From UHGV virus genome UHGV-1371743: DNA of 62,614 nucleotides; one strand, 5' to 3'. The translations under genes and the position numbers were made by a program. Below are positions 56,421 through 62,614 of this stretch, piece by piece. Below the pieces are notes generated by a model. That model saw only the letters and a program-made list of their open reading frames with translations, ran no database searches and was not told where the DNA came from. The first letter of the stretch is position 1, and every line of letters starts with the position of its first letter. The stretch comes from a virus.

Positions 56421-57152
56421 TTAAACAGTGGTAGTTTCGACAATGTATCCCATTAACTCATCAATGTCGGATTCGTTTATAATGGCATTTCTATTGCGAA
56501 TTCCATAATATTTAACACTATTCTCTTCTTCTTTTCTTATTCCGATCATCATTTTCCCGTAATAAAGAAAAACGCACTTTTCTGTTTCGTATGGTTTTCT
56601 GTCGTTCGCAAGCAAAAGGATATCATACGGAGAATAATGGGGCATAAAATCTTCACAATTAACTTGGATTCCCAAAAATACTTTTGCCTTAATATTGTCG
56701 GAAAAATCATCAATATCAATCGAGAAAAAATCGTTTGATGGAACTAAATGACCATTTTTATACTTAGGCTTCATAATACTTACTGATTTATGGTTTTCTT
56801 TCCTATTATTCAATGTCTTTTGATGTTGTATAAACCAACTGATCAGATATCTCGAATTTTCCGGAAGTTCTCTGCAAGTATTCAAACAATCTGTTGTACG
56901 TTCTTCCATTGTGTTCGCTCCGAATAGTTCGTCTACACTGATGCTGAATACCTTGGCGAGTTTTACAGCATTCGACAAGTTACAGTCAGAACTATTTTCG
57001 TACAGCATACCTCGTAGCGTGGAAAATGGGATTCCGGCGCGCTCTGATAATTCGCTTAGTGTCATGTTACCAATATAAGAGTTAATGTTTTCACGAAAAT
57101 TATCCATTAGTGTAAAACCTTTGTCCGTTATTGATTTGTTACTTTTGTTCAT
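56421..57152 (-). CDS. CI-like repressor (XRE-family HTH with a C-terminal LexA/S24-like domain)
   Basis: N-terminal 'MTLSELSERAGIPFSTLRGMLYE' HTH on a roughly 240 aa protein, divergent from the early genes. Confidence 0.7.
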   Translation of the reverse strand: MNKSNKSITDKGFTLMDNFRENINSYIGNMTLSELSERAGIPFSTLRGMLYENSSDCNLSNAVKLAKVFSISVDELFGANTMEERTTDCLNTCRELPENSRYLISWFIQHQKTLNNRKENHKSVSIMKPKYKNGHLVPSNDFFSIDIDDFSDNIKAKVFLGIQVNCEDFMPHYSPYDILLLANDRKPYETEKCVFLYYGKMMIGIRKEEENSVKYYGIRNRNAIINESDIDELMGYIVETTTV

Positions 57153-57601
57153 TTCTTTACCTCTCGTAGTATTCTTTTTGGTTGTTTTATATGGTAAACT
57201 ATGAATTGTCCTGTTAAACAGGGCGCTTCAAGTTCTGGCTTGGGAGTGTTTGTGAACCGCAATTCACTCCCAAAACCGATAACATTTTAACATTTTTGAA
57301 GTTATTATTCAAATTTTCAAGTCGACAAAAAACGACAACTGTTTTAAAACAACGTCCACATGTAAAAATACAGGATATAAAGAAAACATATGTTCTAAAT
57401 ATTCTTGTAATTGAGCAATTCCTGTTGGATAATATAAAAAAAGGAATTTCGGATGTGTTTTTGCAAAAGGAGGGTTACTGTGGAGTACAAAGAGAAAATT
57501 ATTGAGATGGTTAATGAGATTGATTGTGAAGATTATCTTTTCAAGATTTATCATTACATACTGGTTAAATATAGAAAATACAAAGAAAAAAAGTCGGAAG
57601 A

Positions 57602-57973
57602 TTAATTCTCCCGGCTTTTATACTTTTCTGCCATTTCTTTTGCAATTTTTCTTAATGCGCTTTTACTATCTTCATCTAATCCCATATATACAGTGATTAA
57701 GCTTTTGATAAAATCATCATCAGATTCTTCCAACTCTGATAAAAGTTCTGTGAACGAACCGTCTCTTTCTTTATACATATCTCCAGTTCCATTTTTTAAC
57801 CAATCTTCATTGACGTTAAATTCCCTACATATATCAGAAATAGTTCTATCAGACGGGATGCGATTTCCTGTTTCTATAAGAGAAATGTAATTTTTTGTTA
57901 AATTCAATCTCAATCCGAAGTCTTCTTGATTCAATTTAGAATCCTTTCTTATTTTTAAAATTCTATTTTTCAT
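57602..57973 (-). CDS. XRE-family HTH transcriptional regulator
   Basis: 'LNQEDFGLRLNLTKNYISLIETGNRIPS' is a classic cro/C1 HTH. Confidence 0.65.
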   Translation of the reverse strand: MKNRILKIRKDSKLNQEDFGLRLNLTKNYISLIETGNRIPSDRTISDICREFNVNEDWLKNGTGDMYKERDGSFTELLSELEESDDDFIKSLITVYMGLDEDSKSALRKIAKEMAEKYKSREN

Positions 57974-58040
57974 TATATCACCTCCTTATGATTTGATAAT
58001 ACCAAAAAAATCACACCCTGTCAAACAAAAGTGTTGACGA

Positions 58041-58060
58041 AGTCATAATAGTGTGATAGT
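58041..58060. promoter_or_regulatory. palindromic operator GTGTGATagtatAATCACAC overlapping a TATAAT box, with extra TCACAC/GTGTGA half-sites at 58001 and 58064
   Basis: Lies in the divergent intergenic region between the XRE regulator and the rightward early genes. Confidence 0.45.
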
Positions 58061-58094
58061 ATAATCACACAAGGTGTGATAAGGAGGCGAAAAC

Positions 58095-58418
58095 ATGGCT
58101 AAATATCTCAAAGAAAATTCAGAAGTATTAGAAGCCTTTATGTTTTCCTATTTAAAGTTGGATGAATTTTTCAAAGAGTTTGGAGGAATTTCAGATGCTA
58201 TAATATTTCGACTTTCCGCAGAGGAAAAAAGTGTTGAAATTTCTTTCCCATTTGAAGAACAGGAAAGTATAAAGGCTTTTTCGGGAGATTATCTCGTGCG
58301 AGGAGAAGAAATCCCCCGAAGTATTCCTACACGCTATCGCTATTATGTTATTAGCGGTCAAGAATTTTGTAAAAAGTTCAAGCCTTTGGATGTTAAAGAA
58401 CAATTTTCTAGTTCTTGA
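58095..58418 (+). CDS. hypothetical protein
   Basis: Strong 'aaggagg' RBS. Confidence 0.3.
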   Translation: MAKYLKENSEVLEAFMFSYLKLDEFFKEFGGISDAIIFRLSAEEKSVEISFPFEEQESIKAFSGDYLVRGEEIPRSIPTRYRYYVISGQEFCKKFKPLDVKEQFSSS

Positions 58419-58609
58419 AAAACAAAAGAGTTATTTGCCGTTTTGGAAACATGTATGCTAGTTGCATAATCTTCTTTTATACATTCTGCGAGAGCAAATG
58501 CATAAGCGGTATCTTTTAAAAGAAGTTCATTGATATGTTTGACATCATGTTCATTTACACAAATAAGAAGTTCTTTAACAATGCTTTTAGCACTATCCAT
58601 GAGAAACAC
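58358..58609 (-). CDS. hypothetical protein (minus; convergent overlap with 58095..58418)
   Basis: Strong GGGAGGTG RBS on the minus strand. Confidence 0.35.
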   Translation of the reverse strand: MFLMDSAKSIVKELLICVNEHDVKHINELLLKDTAYAFALAECIKEDYATSIHVSKTANNSFVFQELENCSLTSKGLNFLQNS

Positions 58610-58652
58610 CTCCCTTCAGGGAAAATTATATCACAGAAAGGGGCGATAGAAA

Positions 58653-59402
58653 ATGAACGAGCTTATCAAAGTGAATTTTGATAAAGAACAGCCGACAGTA
58701 TCGGCAAGAGATTTACACGAACAACTAAATATAGGAAAACGCTTTAGTGCGTGGTTTGAAACAAATAGTAAAGGGTTTGTTGAAGGGGAAGATTTTGAAG
58801 GGGCGTACCTAAAGGTACAGGGCAATCAATACGGCGGAGAACAAGAAATTCAAGACTACAATCTTTCTATTGATATGGCGAAACATATTTGTCTTATGAG
58901 TAGAACTGAAAAAGGAAGAGAATGCAGGCAGTACTTCATTGACCTTGAGAAAGCATGGAATACACCAGAGCAGATTATGGCAAGAGCATTGAAGATGGCA
59001 GATAAGACTATTGAACAGTTAAAAACAGATAACAAGGCTCTTGAACAGAAAATCGAACAGGACAAGCCGAAAACAATCTTTGCAGATGCAGTCAGCACAA
59101 GCCACACATCAATTCTTATCGGAGACTTGGCAAAGTTGATTTGTCAGAATGGTGTGCAAATCGGGCAGAAACGATTATTCGAGTGGATGAGACAGAATAA
59201 CTTCCTTATTAAAAGTGGTTCCTCAAGAAATATGCCGATGCAACGGTATGTAGAACAAGGGCTGTTTGAGATTAAGGAAAGCAACGTTCAGAATCCAGAC
59301 GGAAGTGTAAGAATTACGAAAACTACGAAAGTTACTGGGAAAGGGCAGATATATTTCGTGAATCAGTTTTTAAAGGGAAATACTTTAGAGAAGAGGTGTT
59401 AA
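58653..59402 (+). CDS. phage antirepressor (ORF6N / KilAC domains)
   Basis: N-terminal 'LIKVNFDKEQPTVSARDLHEQLNI...RFSAWFE' and C-terminal 'IFADAVSTSHTSILIGDLAKL...' KilAC-like region. Confidence 0.7.
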   Translation: MNELIKVNFDKEQPTVSARDLHEQLNIGKRFSAWFETNSKGFVEGEDFEGAYLKVQGNQYGGEQEIQDYNLSIDMAKHICLMSRTEKGRECRQYFIDLEKAWNTPEQIMARALKMADKTIEQLKTDNKALEQKIEQDKPKTIFADAVSTSHTSILIGDLAKLICQNGVQIGQKRLFEWMRQNNFLIKSGSSRNMPMQRYVEQGLFEIKESNVQNPDGSVRITKTTKVTGKGQIYFVNQFLKGNTLEKRC

Positions 59403-59404
59403 AA

Positions 59405-59569
59405 ATGGCAGGAGATGTATTAGAAATGGCAATACCAAAAGAAGAACAGGAAGAAATCAAAGAATTTATTTCTACATTATTAGTTCTTCCGAAAGAGGAC
59501 AGGGCAGTTCTGTTGTCAAATGCAAATGCTTTTCGGGTAAGAAGAGACATTGAGAAAGCAAAGAGGTAA
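59405..59569 (+). CDS. hypothetical small protein (54 aa)
   Basis: RBS 'agaggtg'. Not in the ORF track because it is under 60 aa. Confidence 0.25.
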   Translation: MAGDVLEMAIPKEEQEEIKEFISTLLVLPKEDRAVLLSNANAFRVRRDIEKAKR

Positions 59570-59577
59570 AAAGAAAT

Positions 59578-59793
59578 ATGAAGCAGCCAAAGAAATTAAC
59601 GAGACAGCAAAAGGAATGCTTATCCGCGCATCACTTGAATGCTGAAAATTGGGCGCTTGTCCAAGAAACGGATTTTTATTTGAAAATTATTAATAAGAGA
59701 ACGGGAAATATTAAGAATGTGGATAAGTTTAGAAGAATAAGAAAGGGTGAAAGAAAGTATGCGGGAAACAAAACCGACGAAGTGCAAAATTGA
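59578..59793 (+). CDS. hypothetical basic protein
   Basis: 71 aa ORF. Confidence 0.3.
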   Translation: MKQPKKLTRQQKECLSAHHLNAENWALVQETDFYLKIINKRTGNIKNVDKFRRIRKGERKYAGNKTDEVQN

Positions 59794-59968
59794 TGTACTT
59801 AAATTTGAGCACACAACGAACACTCCGGTTATTGAAGCAATGAAAAAAAGAAAAATAAAATAAGTGATGAACAAATAATAATTACCGCGCAATGGATCAT
59901 CATTGTTGTCATGGCTGTAATCATTTATATCTTGCAGGCAGGACCGATTTAAGGAGGCGAACAAAGAA

Positions 59969-60175
59969 ATGTACAAAGAAATGGACAGAGAGGTAAAGAA
60001 AGACGCTGAAGAAGAAATGAACTGCATCTTGGATCTGCTCGAAGATTGGTGTCTGAAATACGATCAGGATTATGTAAATACGGTCGTACTTGTAAAAAAT
60101 GATCAGATCACATCGTGGGGAAGCGTAGGCAACCAAGAAGACTTTGACGTTTACAGAACAAAAAAGCGCCCATAA
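59969..60175 (+). CDS. hypothetical protein
   Basis: 68 aa ORF. RBS 'aaggagg'. Confidence 0.3.
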   Translation: MYKEMDREVKKDAEEEMNCILDLLEDWCLKYDQDYVNTVVLVKNDQITSWGSVGNQEDFDVYRTKKRP

Positions 60176-60232
60176 GAGGCGGCAGCCTCTAGGACGCATA
60201 ACTAAACAACCAAGATTATTGTAACAGAAAGG

Positions 60233-61093
60233 ATGAGAAAAGTGAAGAAGTTTAAACTAACAAGCGAATTTATTGTAGATATTTCCGGCGTGAAATTGTT
60301 TCGCATTAAAGCGTTAATTGAGTTTGGCAATGTAAAAGCCGGGGATTTGGGAGGATACATAGAAAAAGAAGAAAACCTGAGTCATATGGGCAATGCATGG
60401 GTTTCCGGCAATGCACAGGTTTCCGGCGATGCACGGGTTTTCGGCGATGCACGGGTTTTCGGCAATGCACAGGTTTCCGGCGATGCACAGGTTTTCGGCG
60501 ATGCACGGGTTTTCGGCAATGCATGGGTTTTCGGCGATGCACGGGTTTCCGGCAATGCACAGGTTTCCGGCGATGCACAGGTTTTCGGCGATGCACGGGT
60601 TTTCGGCAATGCACGGGTTTTCGTCGATGCACGGGTTTTCGGCAATGCACGGGTTTTCGTCGATGCACGGGTTTTCGGCAATGCACGGGTTTTCGGCGAT
60701 GCACGGGTTTTCGGCAATGCACGGGTTTTCGGCAATGCACAGGTTTCCGGCGATGCACAGGTTTTCGGCGATGCACGGGTTTTCGGCAATGCATGGGTTT
60801 CCGGCAATGCACAGGTTTCCGGCAATGCACAGGTTTCCGGCGATGCACAGGTTTTCGGCGATGCACGGGTTTCCGGCGATAAGGATTATGCATATGCTCA
60901 CGGTTTCGGATCTTGTAATCGCACAACCACATTCTTCCGGCTTAAAGATGGAGATGTAGGCGTACGCTGTGGATGTTTCTACGGAACGCTTGCGCAGTTC
61001 AGAGATAATGTCTGCGAAACGCATGGAGAGACAAAGAAAGCACAAGAATATTTAATGTTAGCGGACTTAATGGATTTCAGATTCAAAAATTAA
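60233..61093 (+). CDS. hexapeptide-repeat (beta-helix-type) protein with roughly 27 G-[DN]-A-[RQW]-V-[FS] repeats and a Cys/His-containing C-terminal domain
   Basis: Only this frame spans the N-terminal and C-terminal non-repeat domains. The 18-nt periodicity is read as hexapeptides. Confidence 0.6.
   Translation: MRKVKKFKLTSEFIVDISGVKLFRIKALIEFGNVKAGDLGGYIEKEENLSHMGNAWVSGNAQVSGDARVFGDARVFGNAQVSGDAQVFGDARVFGNAWVFGDARVSGNAQVSGDAQVFGDARVFGNARVFVDARVFGNARVFVDARVFGNARVFGDARVFGNARVFGNAQVSGDAQVFGDARVFGNAWVSGNAQVSGNAQVSGDAQVFGDARVSGDKDYAYAHGFGSCNRTTTFFRLKDGDVGVRCGCFYGTLAQFRDNVCETHGETKKAQEYLMLADLMDFRFKN
60389..60874. repeat. 18-bp tandem repeat array, 27 units (ggcRatgcaYRggtttYc)
   Basis: Counted directly: 486 nt is exactly 27 x 18, with a few variable positions per unit. 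Confidence 0.9.
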
Positions 61094-61122
61094 AAAAAAC
61101 TAACGAAAGGAGATTTGTAAAG

Positions 61123-61368
61123 ATGATTACATGCGATAAAGGGAATGTGGAAATGGAAGGAAATTTAATATTATTAGAAGCAGAAACAATCGCGATATTA
61201 AGAGGAATAAGAAACACCCTCGAAGAATCGTGTGAAAAAAAACATGCAGAAGAATTAATGCAAAAAATATTTGAATTATCCGCAATGACGCGAGAAGAAA
61301 TAGAAGAGGAAATGAAAAAATTAGCACAAGAAATAGAGAGAGAAATAGCGGAACACCTAATGAAATGA
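61123..61368 (+). CDS. hypothetical acidic protein
   Basis: 81 aa ORF with an 'aaaggag' RBS. Confidence 0.3.
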   Translation: MITCDKGNVEMEGNLILLEAETIAILRGIRNTLEESCEKKHAEELMQKIFELSAMTREEIEEEMKKLAQEIEREIAEHLMK

Positions 61369-61542
61369 ACGAGGAGCTTATTTTGTGGATCATCCGCTGG
61401 GAAGATCCGTATGCATTAGAGTGTAAGACAATGACCAGACTGGAAGTCGAAAAGTACGCTCAAGAAAATCAAAAAAGCGCGGAGGTACATATATAATCAA
61501 TTAAAAAATGTGAATAAATTAAGTAGAAAGGAAAGAAGATGT

Positions 61543-62614
61543 ATGAAAATAATTAAATTAAAAAGTATTCACATCCAGAATTTTAAGGGATGTGTGAACA
61601 AGTTAATTTCATTCGGCGAATTAACGAAAATATATGGCGCAAATGCAACTGGAAAGACAACGGTATTTGATGCTTTCACATGGTTGTTGTTCGGAAAAGA
61701 TTCGCATGGAAGTGCAAAGTTTGATATTCGCACATTAGATAAAGACGGAAAGATGATTGACAATCTGGAAATATGCGTAGAAGCAATCCTTTCTGTCGAT
61801 GGAGAAGAATATACCTTGAAAAAAGTTCAAAAACAAAAATTTGTGAAGAAAAGAGGGACAGGAACAACAGAGTTTCAAGGAAATGTTAATGAGTTTGAAA
61901 TCAACGGTTATCCGAAATCAGAAAAAGATTTTAAAAAGTTTATTTCCGGCATGATTGACGAAAAGATTTTCAACCTTGTTACAAATCCGATCGCATTTAC
62001 TTCTTTACCGTGGAAAGAACAGAGAGAAATCTTGATGCAGTTCGTTGCAGATTCTTCAGATGTTCAGATTGCAGAGGGGTACGGAGAAAAGTTTTTAAAA
62101 CTTATTCCAGAGCTGAAAATCGCAAGCACGGACGATATTCTGAAAAAGTATACAAAAGCGAAGAATACATTAAAAGAGAAAATGACAGAGATCCCGGCAC
62201 GCATTGATGAAGTATCGAAACAGCTTGTCACAGTAGATGTCGGTGCTCTTGAAGTGGAAAAAGCTGCGAAAGAAACTGCTTTGAAAAAAGTAGAGGATAA
62301 ACTTGCTGGTGGAACTGAGAAAAGCAAAGAGATCAATGCTAAAAGAGAACAAGTGATGAACCTGAAATTTGATTTAAGCGATATCAGCAATAAAGAAACA
62401 GAGATTCTGATGGAAAAGAGAAGAGGTGTGGCTTCTGAATGCAACGAAGTAGAAGAAAAACTAATGTCTTTGAAAAGACAGGCTAATTCTATTGCGGTGG
62501 ATATCGAAAGCGCAGAAAAGCAAAAAGAGAGTGCGGAAACTGATAAAAAGAAATTTATAGATGAATGGAGACGCGAAAAAGCAAGCGTGTTCCCAGAAAT
62601 GAAGACATTCCTAG
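61543..62614 (+). CDS. SMC/RecF-like AAA ATPase, N-terminal part; open at the window end and continuing in-frame at position 1
   Basis: ATG at 61543 with an 'aaggaaagaag' RBS. Walker A 'GANATGKTT' followed by a long coiled coil, with no stop before 62614. Confidence 0.65.
   Translation, partial: MKIIKLKSIHIQNFKGCVNKLISFGELTKIYGANATGKTTVFDAFTWLLFGKDSHGSAKFDIRTLDKDGKMIDNLEICVEAILSVDGEEYTLKKVQKQKFVKKRGTGTTEFQGNVNEFEINGYPKSEKDFKKFISGMIDEKIFNLVTNPIAFTSLPWKEQREILMQFVADSSDVQIAEGYGEKFLKLIPELKIASTDDILKKYTKAKNTLKEKMTEIPARIDEVSKQLVTVDVGALEVEKAAKETALKKVEDKLAGGTEKSKEINAKREQVMNLKFDLSDISNKETEILMEKRRGVASECNEVEEKLMSLKRQANSIAVDIESAEKQKESAETDKKKFIDEWRREKASVFPEMKTFL

Noticed and set aside
60306-61045. Multiple long ORFs on both strands (60306..60932 -, 60314..61045 -, 60382..60825 -, 60393..60959 +, 60397..60882 +) overlapping the hexapeptide-repeat gene
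   Set aside because: All are products of translating the 18-bp tandem array in alternative frames. Only 60233..61093 connects unique N- and C-terminal domains and has an RBS.
1-62614. Searched for transposases/IS elements, CRISPR-Cas, and toxin-antitoxin pairs
   Set aside because: No transposase-like DDE or HUH motifs were seen, and there are no cas genes or spaced identical repeats. Candidate small-gene pairs lack recognisable toxin or antitoxin folds.

Overview
This 62.6 kb window reads as a complete temperate siphovirus-like phage genome from a low-GC Firmicutes host, apparently circularly permuted. An SMC/AAA-type ATPase gene runs off the 3' end (61543..62614) and continues in the same frame at position 1..980. 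The early/lysogeny region holds a CI-like repressor and an XRE regulator on the minus strand, an antirepressor, RecT, a split C5 DNA methyltransferase carrying an internal 8-bp microsatellite, an MBL-fold hydrolase broken by one in-frame TAA, SSB, a GIY-YIG nuclease, a replisome-organizer-like protein, and an integrase followed by an attP-like region (tRNA 3' fragment plus GTAATCAAA arm repeats). The most notable feature is a complete diversity-generating retroelement (DGR) at 8987..11808. It has two tandem small DUF1566/C-type-lectin-like target genes whose C-terminal variable repeats (VR1, VR2) match one template repeat (TR) except at TR adenines (10/10 and 7/7 mismatches), an Avd-like four-helix-bundle gene, and a DGR-type reverse transcriptase. 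The late region encodes large terminase, portal, scaffold, major capsid, connector, a holin plus a GH25/CW_7/LysM endolysin placed inside the morphogenesis module, major tail, chaperones, tape measure with an SLT domain, Dit, a tail-associated protein and fibre-like proteins. There is also a phage tRNA-Gln(UUG) preceded by a roughly 600 nt GC-enriched ORF-free stretch that is a candidate large structured ncRNA, a 27-copy perfect 18-bp tandem array inside a hexapeptide-repeat protein gene, and several operator/iteron repeat sets overlapping promoters. Every call is from reading the sequence and recalling family motifs; no database search was run.
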